From Hyphomonadaceae bacterium (lineage in GTDB: Bacteria; Pseudomonadota; Alphaproteobacteria; Caulobacterales; Hyphomonadaceae), in contig JALHLU010000015.1 of assembly GCA_022844345.1 (NCBI GenBank), forward strand, positions 9,680 through 73,679: a stretch of 64,000 nucleotides of DNA, given 5' to 3'. Shown piece after piece: positions 49,654-57,311 of the stretch. A program made the position numbers and the translations under genes. Position 1 is the first letter of the stretch. Every line of letters begins with the position of its first letter. The notes beneath the pieces are model-generated. The model made no database searches and was not told the DNA's origin. It was given only the letters and a program-made list of their open reading frames with translations.

Positions 49654-49977
49654 TTATCGACCGGTCATCGGATCGCAGCTTCCACCTACACCACAGCTCA
49701 CGCCATCTGCGGTGGCAGGCTCGCACGCGCACGACGCAGCACGCTTGCGCTTCGCCTGCCCTCGCAGCCATAGGAACAGCGCCGACGCCGCCAGCGCCAC
49801 CAGGATGGCGTCGCAAGCCAGCTGCCCCCACGACCTTCCGAACAGTCCGCTTGCAGCAGCACCCGCGGCTCCGGCGCCACCTGCCACGCCCAACAGGGGC
49901 AGTAGCAGCGGGGCACAGCACGCCGCGCACGCTACGCCAAGGCCAGCAATGACCTTCCAGCGTCCTGGCTTAACCAT
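49654..49977 (-). CDS. MerF-like two-helix membrane protein with vicinal cysteines
   Basis: 107 aa counted from the ATG at 49977; the ATG at 49986 is an alternative. TM1 carries CAACCAPLLLP and TM2 follows. Basic stretch KRKRAA, then a Cys-rich tail SCACEP...CGVGGSC. Divergent from a MerR gene. Confidence 0.55.
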   Translation of the reverse strand: MVKPGRWKVIAGLGVACAACCAPLLLPLLGVAGGAGAAGAAASGLFGRSWGQLACDAILVALAASALFLWLRGQAKRKRAASCACEPATADGVSCGVGGSCDPMTGR

Positions 49978-50016
49978 TCGCAGCATCCCTTCGCGTTGTT
50001 GACAGGACGACGGTGC

Positions 50017-50037
50017 ATCCTCAGGTAACATGAGGAT
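50017..50037. promoter_or_regulatory. dyad ATCCTCA-N7-TGAGGAT in the MerR/MerF-like intergenic region
   Basis: Perfect 7-bp arms. On the minus strand the dyad starts inside a TTGATC -35-like hexamer, giving MerR-type geometry. The -10 is weak. Confidence 0.5.
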
Positions 50038-50063
50038 CAAGCGGAAAGTGCGGTGTAGGCGTC

Positions 50064-50483
50064 ATGACAGGCATGAGCATTGGCCAAGCGGCGCAAAGGT
50101 CAGGCTGCACGGTCGCAACCGTGCGCCATTACGAAGACGAGGGCTTGCTGAAGGCCATCGGCCGCGCACCGAATGGCCGCCGCGTGTATGGCTGGCCCGA
50201 CATTCACCGATTGCGTTTCGTTCGCCGGTGTCGTGACCTGGGCTTCAGCGTTGACGACGTGCGCTCGCTCCTGGGCGCGACCGATGCGCCATCACCTGAC
50301 TGTCTGGCTGTGCGTGACATGGCCGTTGCCCACATGAAGCGGCTGCGGGTCATGCGTGCGGAAATCGACGCGTTGGAGCAGTCCCTGTCGTCGCTGGCGA
50401 ATACCTGCAATGAGGCATGCGCCATCGGCCGGTCACCCGCCTGCACCATCGTGGAAGACCTGGGCGCGACAGCCTCAGGCTGA
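50064..50483 (+). CDS. MerR-family regulator with Hg-type Cys pattern
   Basis: 139 aa. HTH is [24 protein letters not shown]. Cys pattern is C-34aa-C-x3-C-x7-C (PDC...[14 protein letters not shown]). Confidence 0.85.
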   Translation: MTGMSIGQAAQRSGCTVATVRHYEDEGLLKAIGRAPNGRRVYGWPDIHRLRFVRRCRDLGFSVDDVRSLLGATDAPSPDCLAVRDMAVAHMKRLRVMRAEIDALEQSLSSLANTCNEACAIGRSPACTIVEDLGATASG

Positions 50484-50822
50484 CCTGGGCGCGAACAGGA
50501 TCACGGCCGCGCCTGCCATGCTCAGGACAGCGCCTACAGCGTCCCAGTTGTCGGGTCGCGTTTTCTCCACCGTCCACATCCAGGCCAACGACGCGACGAT
50601 GTAGACTCCGCCATAGGCCGCGAAGGCCCGACCCGCCGCAGCTGTGGGCACCAGCGTCAGGAGCCATGCGAATGCAATAAGGGAGGCAATCCCCGGAAAG
50701 ACCCACCAAGCTGACTGTCCGTTGCGAAGCCACGCCCAGAACGCAAAGCACCCTGCGATCTCGGCAAGTGCGGCGGCGACGTAGATGGCGATAACTGATG
50801 CGCTCATACCGATTGCGTACAT
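50475..50822 (-). CDS. ynfA: YnfA-family (UPF0060) small membrane protein
   Basis: 115 aa with four TM segments. Contains [15 protein letters not shown] and [16 protein letters not shown], typical of YnfA. Confidence 0.8.
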   Translation of the reverse strand: MYAIGMSASVIAIYVAAALAEIAGCFAFWAWLRNGQSAWWVFPGIASLIAFAWLLTLVPTAAAGRAFAAYGGVYIVASLAWMWTVEKTRPDNWDAVGAVLSMAGAAVILFAPRSA

Positions 50823-50854
50823 TGGACTTGTTCGTCAGCGCAACATTGCCGCTA

Positions 50855-51250
50855 TCAACTCAAACCTAGAAGCCGCCTGAATTTGTTTTTGAACTCGTTG
50901 TCGATGCAACGCAGTAAGCTGCCCCCGGGATCGATGAGCGTGAATAGACGAATGCCGTACGGCTCCACTTCGATCTTGCCCATGCTTGGCATGGCTCCGC
51001 AGTAATCGGGAAGCCCAGCTTTTGAAAACTCGGCATACAGCCCGTCCAGGTCATCGACACGCAAGCAAGCGGAGAAGCAGCTCTCCTTGGGATTGTGGTT
51101 CGCCAAGTGGAAAAACTCTAGCTGGATGCCGCCTCGGTCCAGGATCATCCAGTTTTCTGTCTTGAGCCTCACCGTGAAACCCAACGCCTCGCAAAATCGC
51201 GCGGTGGGATTCAAGTCGCGGGTCGGAAGGTTCGACGTCGCGCGGTCCAT
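50855..51250 (-). CDS. bleomycin-resistance-protein family (Tn5 Ble-like, VOC fold), copy 2
   Basis: The start at MDRATSNLPTRDL aligns with copy 1. Contains ...FCEALGF...WMILDRGGIQLEFFH...CFSACLRVDDLDGLY. Confidence 0.75.
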   Translation of the reverse strand: MDRATSNLPTRDLNPTARFCEALGFTVRLKTENWMILDRGGIQLEFFHLANHNPKESCFSACLRVDDLDGLYAEFSKAGLPDYCGAMPSMGKIEVEPYGIRLFTLIDPGGSLLRCIDNEFKNKFRRLLGLS

Positions 51251-51261
51251 TGTCAGACCAT

Positions 51262-51627
51262 CTAACGGTTTTCGATGCAACGGATCAGGCTGCCGTTATG
51301 ATCGATCAACGCAAACATACGAAGCCCGAATGGCTCCAGCTTCGGTGGGCCTTGGAGTCGGGGCATTGACCAACAGTCCTTCGGCAAGCCCGCTTTCTCA
51401 AAATCCGCGTAGAGGCCGTCCAGATCATCAACGCGAAAACAGGCTGAGAAGCAGCTGGTCTTCGGATCAACATCCTGATGAGAAAAGAACTCCAACTCCA
51501 TTGCGCCCCTGTTCAAGATCATCCATCCGTCATCCTTGAATCCGACCGTGAAACCGAGCCGTTGATAGAAGGCGGCGGTTTCGTCCATGTCACGGGCAGG
51601 AAGGTTAGCTGTTATGCGGTTGGTCAT
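51262..51627 (-). CDS. bleomycin-resistance-protein family (Tn5 Ble-like, VOC fold), copy 1
   Basis: 121 aa. ITANLPARDMDETAAFYQRLGFTVGFKDDGWMILNRGAMELEFFSH...CFSACFRVDDLDGLY aligns along its length with Tn5 Ble as I remember it. Confidence 0.8.
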   Translation of the reverse strand: MTNRITANLPARDMDETAAFYQRLGFTVGFKDDGWMILNRGAMELEFFSHQDVDPKTSCFSACFRVDDLDGLYADFEKAGLPKDCWSMPRLQGPPKLEPFGLRMFALIDHNGSLIRCIENR

Positions 51628-52070
51628 CAGTGGCTCAGCGCCTCCACAATTGCGCAGCCTGGGGATGCTCCCTTGCTGCAGCGGTCAGCTGCTTCGGTAA
51701 GAGTGCGCTCCAATCGTCGCAAGTCGCGAATGCTCGCCCTCACGGCATCGCGATGCTTGACGGCCAGTGCGTGGGCATCTTTGCAAGCCCGAGCTCCCTT
51801 AGCGACATCCAGCAACGACCTAATCTCGTCAGTTGAAAAGCCGAGTTGCCTTGCTCTCCGAACGAAGGACAGGCGCTGCACGTCGTCGGTGTCGAACACG
51901 CGGCGTCCACCTGCGGACCTGTGTGCAGGTGGGATCAGTCCGATGCGTTCGTAGTACCGCACCGTTTCGATGTTCACGCCCGTTTGCTCGCTGAGCGCAC
52001 CAATCGTGATTCCTGCACCCGACAAGCCGCTTGCTCCTGTAGCCACTACAGGAGTTAAGGCTAGGTCCAT
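51627..52070 (-). CDS. merR: MerR-family Hg(II)-type regulator (true start probably TTG at 52025)
   Basis: HTH is IGALSEQTGVNIETVRYYERIGLI. Cys spacing C-34aa-C-7aa-C. The ATG at 52070 lies beyond its own operator, so the in-frame TTG at 52025 is more plausible. Confidence 0.85.
   Translation of the reverse strand: MDLALTPVVATGASGLSGAGITIGALSEQTGVNIETVRYYERIGLIPPAHRSAGGRRVFDTDDVQRLSFVRRARQLGFSTDEIRSLLDVAKGARACKDAHALAVKHRDAVRASIRDLRRLERTLTEAADRCSKGASPGCAIVEALSH
52031..52061 (+). promoter_or_regulatory. mer-type promoter/operator for merT
   Basis: TTGCTC, 19 bp, TAAGGC, with the perfect dyad CTCCTGTAG-CCA-CTACAGGAG. Compare Tn501/Tn21 merOP, TTGACT-19-TAAGGT. Confidence 0.75.
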
Positions 52071-52428
52071 GGACCAGAACTCTCAACCCCCTCGGCGTGG
52101 ACTAGGCGGCCTATTTGCAGGAACAGGCGCGTTAGCCGGGCTTGCCAGCCTGATAGGTGCGTCGTGCTGTGTTCTGCCATTGTTGCTCGCACAGATCGGC
52201 CTGGGTACGGCTCTCGTTTCCCAGCTTTCGTTTCTCGCTCAAGCCAAGCCATACCTTCTTGCGGCCACGCTTGTTCTTATAGTCGCGGGCCTGGTCGCTT
52301 CGTTCTGGAATGGTCGCCGGCCGCGACCCATTGTGGTGGTTATGCTGATAGGCGCAGCGGCGCTCGCGATCGCAGCAGAGATTCTTCCACAATACGAGGG
52401 GCAAATGATGCGCTGGATCGGCTACTGA
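52069..52428 (+). CDS. merT: MerT-like mercuric-ion transport protein
   Basis: 119 aa. GLFAGTGALAGLASLIGASCCVLPLLL matches the MerT TM1 vicinal-Cys region. The ATG lies only 7 nt after the -10, so the mRNA may be leaderless. Confidence 0.75.
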   Translation: MDQNSQPPRRGLGGLFAGTGALAGLASLIGASCCVLPLLLAQIGLGTALVSQLSFLAQAKPYLLAATLVLIVAGLVASFWNGRRPRPIVVVMLIGAAALAIAAEILPQYEGQMMRWIGY

Positions 52429-52649
52429 TGACGACGACCACAATTCTACAATCCACGCTCACCTGTCCGTCATGTGGGCAAAGCAAGCAGGAGACGATGC
52501 CCACGAACGCCTGCCAATGGCTTTACACATGCGCCGGATGCGGGGTGACGCTGCGGCCCAACGCCGGAGATTGCTGTGTCTTCTGTTCCTTCGGTGATGT
52601 TCCCTGTCCACCGATCCAAGCCGGCGATTGCTGCCGAGCAGGTAACTAA
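52428..52649 (+). CDS. GDCCVxC-domain small Cys-rich protein
   Basis: 73 aa. CPSCG...CAGCG...GDCCVFCSFGDVPCPP. TGATG overlap with merT. Confidence 0.7.
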   Translation: MTTTTILQSTLTCPSCGQSKQETMPTNACQWLYTCAGCGVTLRPNAGDCCVFCSFGDVPCPPIQAGDCCRAGN

Positions 52650-52702
52650 GGGGCGGCAATGGCGGCGTTCCAAGCGCCCCACTCGATTGTGAAGCGTGGT
52701 GA

Positions 52703-53329
52703 TCATCGCCCCAGCGCCAGCCCGCGCTGGACAGCAGGACGCTCGCCGACCTCTGCGAACCAGCGCCGGACGTTGGGCGTCTCACCGACAAGATCCGGAG
52801 TGTTGCGCGCCATTGAGTCCAGCGCCACCCGTATCCAGGGAAATACCGCGATGTCAGCAATCGAGTAGTCGCCGGCAAGAAACGCCTTCTCTCCCAGTTG
52901 CCTCTCCATCACACGCACCAGTCGCGCAGCTTCCTTCGAGAAGCGCGTGATTGCATAGGGACATTTTTCCGGAGCAATGCTGCGGAAGTGGTGGGACTGC
53001 CCGAACATCGGGCCGACATTGGCGACCTGCCAGACCGTCCAGCTGATGCACTCGGCCCTTCCTGCAGGCGTCCTGGGCATCAATCGATCGAACTTCTCGG
53101 CAAGGTAGATCAGAATCGACGCGGATTCGAAGACGGTCGCCGGCGTGTCCGTCCCATTGTCGATTATCGCAGGGATTTTCGAGTTCGGGTTGATCCGCCT
53201 GAATTCTGGCTTGAACTGCTCGCCCTGCTCCAGATTGACGAAGTGGACGCGATAGGCCGCTTCACACTCCTCCAGCATGATGGATATCTTGCGCCCGTTC
53301 GGGCTCCGTGCGGCGTAGAAATCAATCAT
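52703..53329 (-). CDS. Nu-class glutathione S-transferase (YfcG-like)
   Basis: The start at MIDFYAARSPNGRKISIMLEE aligns with the YfcG N-terminus. Contains NSKIPAIIDN and FESASILIYLAEK. Divergent from arsR. Confidence 0.8.
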   Translation of the reverse strand: MIDFYAARSPNGRKISIMLEECEAAYRVHFVNLEQGEQFKPEFRRINPNSKIPAIIDNGTDTPATVFESASILIYLAEKFDRLMPRTPAGRAECISWTVWQVANVGPMFGQSHHFRSIAPEKCPYAITRFSKEAARLVRVMERQLGEKAFLAGDYSIADIAVFPWIRVALDSMARNTPDLVGETPNVRRWFAEVGERPAVQRGLALGR

Positions 53330-53420
53330 CGCGTCTGCCCCTTCATGGCTTTCCAACGCGACCATCGAAAATCGCGACTCCATCTTGCGTCGGCATCCAT
53401 ATTTCTATATTTCCCGAAAC

Positions 53421-53768
53421 ATGAAAGCAAAGCAAGCGATAACCGCTCTGTCCGCGCTTGCCCACGATGGGCGGCTCGCGGCCTTTCGGCTCTTGATCAA
53501 GGCGGGCCCGGAAGGCATGGCGGCAGGTGACATTGCCGCGCGCCTCAAGATGCCGCCGTCATCGCTTTCAACAAACCTGCTGCTTCTTTCGAACGCTGGC
53601 CTTGTCTCTTCGCGTCGCGATGGCCGCTCCATCATCTATCGCGCAGATTACGGCGCAATGCGCGACCTGCTCGGCTTCCTCATCGAAGACTGCTGCAACG
53701 GCTCATCTGAAATCTGCACACCACTCGCCGTAACACTCGCAACCTGCGCTCCTGGAAAGTGCCGCTGA
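53421..53768 (+). CDS. arsR: ArsR/SmtB-family As(III)-responsive repressor
   Basis: Start at MKAKQAITAL. wHTH is DIAARLKMPPSSLSTNLLLLSNAGLV. C-terminal Cys cluster EDCCNGSSEIC, resembling the A. ferrooxidans-type site. Confidence 0.85.
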   Translation: MKAKQAITALSALAHDGRLAAFRLLIKAGPEGMAAGDIAARLKMPPSSLSTNLLLLSNAGLVSSRRDGRSIIYRADYGAMRDLLGFLIEDCCNGSSEICTPLAVTLATCAPGKCR

Positions 53769-54292
53769 TGTCCAATGATCGCGTCTATAACGTGCTGTTC
53801 CTCTGCACCGGCAACTCAGCCCGCTCCATTCTCGCGGAGGTCTTGCTCAATCAAGGTGGCAGGGGGCGGTTCAAGGCCTATTCGGCGGGATCGTTTCCGA
53901 AGGGCGAGGTGAACCCTCATGCAATCCAGCTGCTGAAGACCCTGAAGCTGCCGACGGACGACCTTCGGTCGAAGTCCTGGGACGAGTTCGCCAAGCCGGG
54001 CGCACCACCGCTCGATTTCATCATCACCGTCTGCGACAATGCTGCGGGCGAGGTATGCCCGATCTGGCCAGGCAAGCCGGTGACCGCGCACTGGGGCATT
54101 CCTGATCCAGCCGCCGCCGAAGGATCGGACGCGGAGATTGCCGCGACGTTTGCAGCGGCAGCCCGCCAGCTCCGCACGCGGATTGACCTGCTTCTCAACC
54201 TGCCGCTGGCGTCGATTGATCGCATGGCGATCCAGAACCGCTTGAAGGATATCCAGGCCAAGGCAAGCCAATCCGACAACGGCGCCGCATGA
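53768..54292 (+). CDS. arsC: arsenate reductase, LMW-PTPase type
   Basis: CTGNSARS P-loop and a downstream VCDNAAGEVCP Cys pair. The ATG overlaps the arsR stop by 1 nt; GTG at 53759 is an alternative start. Confidence 0.88.
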   Translation: MSNDRVYNVLFLCTGNSARSILAEVLLNQGGRGRFKAYSAGSFPKGEVNPHAIQLLKTLKLPTDDLRSKSWDEFAKPGAPPLDFIITVCDNAAGEVCPIWPGKPVTAHWGIPDPAAAEGSDAEIAATFAAAARQLRTRIDLLLNLPLASIDRMAIQNRLKDIQAKASQSDNGAA

Positions 54293-54960
54293 CGACCGCG
54301 CTGTCTCGTCAAGTCGCCGCCGAACTCCTCGGCTCCATACTTCTCACAGGCGTTGTTATCGGCTCGGGCATCCTCGCGAGCCGTCTAGCCGGCGGCAACG
54401 ATGCGGTCGCGCTACTCGGCAATACGCTGGCCACGGCGGCAATCCTCTACGTTCTAATCCACGCGCTCGGCCCCGTCTCCGGCGCGCACTTCAACCCGGC
54501 CGTCACGCTGATCATGGCCCTGCGGCGTCAACTGACGCCAACGGCGGCCATCGTCTATGTGCTTGCGCAGATCGCCGGCTGCATTCTCGGGGCCTGGCTG
54601 GCGCACGCCATGTTCGAATTGCCGGTCCTGCAGGCCTCGACGCATGTCCGGGCTGGGCCCGCGCAAGTGTTGAGCGAAGCCGTCGCAACCTTTGCCCTGC
54701 TCTTCGCCATCCTGTTTGTGTCGCGATGGAAAGCTGAGGCCGTCCCCGCAGCGGTCGCGCTTGTGATCACGGCTGGCTATTGGTGGACGGCCAGCACATC
54801 CTTCGCCAACCCCGCCATCAGCATTGCGCGCGCGATGAGCGATACGTTCGCGGGCGTTCGTCCGGCAGACGTGCCCGGCTTCATCGCCGGTCAGATCGCG
54901 GGCGCCTTGCTCGCCTGGGCCGCCAGCGTCGCACTCCTTCCGAAGGACAAGCAAACGTGA
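54289..54960 (+). CDS. aqpS: MIP-family aquaglyceroporin, As(III) channel (AqpS-like)
   Basis: 223 aa with two NPA boxes (HFNPAVT, ANPAISIARA). ATGA overlap with arsC. Confidence 0.88.
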   Translation: MTTALSRQVAAELLGSILLTGVVIGSGILASRLAGGNDAVALLGNTLATAAILYVLIHALGPVSGAHFNPAVTLIMALRRQLTPTAAIVYVLAQIAGCILGAWLAHAMFELPVLQASTHVRAGPAQVLSEAVATFALLFAILFVSRWKAEAVPAAVALVITAGYWWTASTSFANPAISIARAMSDTFAGVRPADVPGFIAGQIAGALLAWAASVALLPKDKQT

Positions 54961-54985
54961 GCGCGAATTTCCCGGTCATCAGACG

Positions 54986-55408
54986 ATGAGCACATTGCTC
55001 GAATACACTGTGAGCGCCCGGCGTGTGGACAGCTCCGGCAGCGTTGCGAACGCCAAGAAAGCCGAGATAGCGCTCGACACTGGTCTTGGAGGCAGGTCCG
55101 ACGCGCTGAATCCTGCAGAGTTGCTTTTGGCTTCGCTTGCCGCCTGCATGATCAAGGGCGCCGAGCGCGTCGCTCCCATGCTCAATTTTGACCTTCACGG
55201 CATGACGGTCCGGCTGCACGCCGTCAGAATTGATGCGCCGCCTTCGATCAAGACGATCGACTATGAAATCGTGGTTGAATGTGACGAACCCGAACGACGC
55301 CTTGAGCTGCTGCATGCAAACATCCGTAGATACGGCACGATCTCCAATACATTGGCGTCTGTTGTCCAACTCACTGGTTCGATTCGACGCGCGGATGCCG
55401 AAGAATGA
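54986..55408 (+). CDS. OsmC/Ohr-family protein
   Basis: 140 aa. The LNPAELLLASLAACMIKG motif is typical of OsmC-family thiol peroxidases. Confidence 0.75.
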   Translation: MSTLLEYTVSARRVDSSGSVANAKKAEIALDTGLGGRSDALNPAELLLASLAACMIKGAERVAPMLNFDLHGMTVRLHAVRIDAPPSIKTIDYEIVVECDEPERRLELLHANIRRYGTISNTLASVVQLTGSIRRADAEE

Positions 55409-56736
55409 CCGATGCCTCCCTTCCCGACTGCGAAAGATCACCGTGCGCATCGCGCGAGTTGGCAGCCGAACTCAATCGAACCTGCTTCTGCATTTCTCTG
55501 GATCGGGAGGGTCTGGCCGACGCCATGCGAAAGGCGTCCGGCGACGACGACTTTTTCGTGAAATACATCGAGAGCCGCCCACATCTCTTCTCGAACCTGC
55601 CGATTTTCCTGCCGCGCGCCGATCTCGACAGCATGATGGCGACGGTGGCTGCAATCGAAGATGTCGCCCGGCTGCCCGGCTACCAGGAAGCCGCAGCCGC
55701 GTGGGCTCCAGCCATCGCTCGCCAAGACCACGGCCCGCGCGGCGCAATGATGGGCTATGACTTTCACCTGGCGGGTGACGCACCTCGCCTCATCGAGATC
55801 AATACCAATGCCGGCGGCGCGTTCCTGAACGCCTTCAGCGCGAAGGCGCAGCTCGCTTGCTGCGCGGAGGTTGCAACGGCAATTGCGGATGCACGGGCAT
55901 CGAATTTCGACAGCGATGCGATCGCAATGTTCGAGGCTGAGTGGCGGCTGCAGGGGCGCGCTGGCCGACCAAAGACCATAGCCATCGTCGATGACGCGCC
56001 CGAAGCGCAGTATCTCCATCCAGAATTTCTTCTGGCGCAGCGACTGTTCGAGGCCAACGGCATGGTCTCAATGATCGCCGACCCAACCGAGCTGGCTTAT
56101 GATGGCCACGTCCTTACCTGCCGCGGTGAAGCGATCGCTGTCGTCTACAACCGGCTGGTGGATTTTGATCTGTCCCAGCCGCAACATGATGCATTGCGCC
56201 GGGCCTATAACGATGGCGCCATCGTCCTGACGCCCACCCCACACAATCACGCGACACTCGCCGACAAGCGCAATCTCACCTTGCTGACGGACGCCAACCT
56301 TCTTCGGAACTGGGGCGTCTCCGAAGCGACGCGCACCGCTTTGGCGAGCATACCGAAGGCTGTCCTTGTAACACCTGATAATGCCGCCGACCTCTGGCAA
56401 AGGCGCAAGTCTCTGTTCTTCAAGCCGGTTGCCGGACACGGCGGCAAGGCCGTCTATCGTGGGGACAAGCTCACCCGATCAACCTGGACTGACATTCTTG
56501 GAACGGCCTACATCGCCCAGGATCTGGCCCCGCCTGGAGAGCGGTTGATCAAGCTGGGAGGCGAGACAGTGGCGCGAAAGGTTGATGTGCGCCTGTACAC
56601 CTATGACGGGCGGCTGCTGCTCGCGGCTGCTCGCTTGTATCACGGCCAGACGACCAACTTCAGAACCGAGGGGGGTGGTTTTGCGCCGGTGTTCTTTCTC
56701 CGGGCCAACAACGGAGGCTCTTCCAGCAACTTCTGA
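55405..56736 (+). CDS. ATP-grasp-like amide ligase candidate (GspS-like motif order) with Cys-rich N-terminus, paralogue 2
   Basis: 443 aa. ATGA overlap with the OsmC-like gene. Shares long identical blocks with 29410-30732 (NRTCFCISLDR, PRLIEINTNAGGAFLNAFSAKAQLACC, FFKPVAGHGGKAVYRGDKLT, GQTTNFRTEGGGFAPV). Confidence 0.6.
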   Translation: MTDASLPDCERSPCASRELAAELNRTCFCISLDREGLADAMRKASGDDDFFVKYIESRPHLFSNLPIFLPRADLDSMMATVAAIEDVARLPGYQEAAAAWAPAIARQDHGPRGAMMGYDFHLAGDAPRLIEINTNAGGAFLNAFSAKAQLACCAEVATAIADARASNFDSDAIAMFEAEWRLQGRAGRPKTIAIVDDAPEAQYLHPEFLLAQRLFEANGMVSMIADPTELAYDGHVLTCRGEAIAVVYNRLVDFDLSQPQHDALRRAYNDGAIVLTPTPHNHATLADKRNLTLLTDANLLRNWGVSEATRTALASIPKAVLVTPDNAADLWQRRKSLFFKPVAGHGGKAVYRGDKLTRSTWTDILGTAYIAQDLAPPGERLIKLGGETVARKVDVRLYTYDGRLLLAAARLYHGQTTNFRTEGGGFAPVFFLRANNGGSSSNF

Positions 56737-56738
56737 AA

Positions 56739-57305
56739 TCAGAACAACATCAAGATGGCTGCGCGCCCGACAATGTCTCCAGTCGACGTGGCGCCAAAAT
56801 ACCGCCCGTCATACGAGTCGGCCCCCTCGCCCAACAGAAAAACGTGCCGATCGGTGAGCGTCACACACCCCTGCCAGAACGGCAGCGCCACACCGTCCGA
56901 CCCTTTGAGCTTTGCATGGGCCACAGCGCGACCGTTGACCGTCACCACTTCCTGATGTCTGCAGACTGTTTCGCCCGCTGAGGCTGCAAGCGTTTTGATC
57001 AGCAGTTTGCCCCTTGGAAGGATGCCGCGATTCTCCAAGTCTTCGGCCAATTCGGGCGAAGGTAAGACGACAACGCGGTCGCCAACTGCCCAACCTGATC
57101 GCTCGACACTGTAGACTCCAGCTGGCGCGCTGGCCGACGTATTCCAGACAAGTTGCGCCGAGCGAGCCGTCGCCGGAATCGCAAGCATCGCAACACAGAC
57201 CGCGGACACGCCAAGGACAGCAGTCTGACGGCCTCGCGATTTACTTGAACGGCTTCCGTTTCGCGGTTGTGGCTCCAAGAGGGCTGTTCGAATGTTATCG
57301 ACCAT
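56739..57305 (-). CDS. traF: conjugative transfer signal peptidase TraF (S26 family)
   Basis: 188 aa with a TM anchor. NTSASAPAGVY (Ser nucleophile region) and DSYDGRYFG motifs. Confidence 0.85.
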   Translation of the reverse strand: MVDNIRTALLEPQPRNGSRSSKSRGRQTAVLGVSAVCVAMLAIPATARSAQLVWNTSASAPAGVYSVERSGWAVGDRVVVLPSPELAEDLENRGILPRGKLLIKTLAASAGETVCRHQEVVTVNGRAVAHAKLKGSDGVALPFWQGCVTLTDRHVFLLGEGADSYDGRYFGATSTGDIVGRAAILMLF

Positions 57306-57311
57306 TGCGGA

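Noticed and set aside
49654-52649. Expectation of a full mer operon (merP, merA, merB, merD) around the two mer-like modules
   Set aside because: No ORF in the window has the FAD/NAD pyridine-nucleotide-disulfide oxidoreductase motifs or the GMTCxxC HMA domain. I therefore annotated only merR/merT-like, MerF-like and GDCCVxC genes and reported the absence as a finding.
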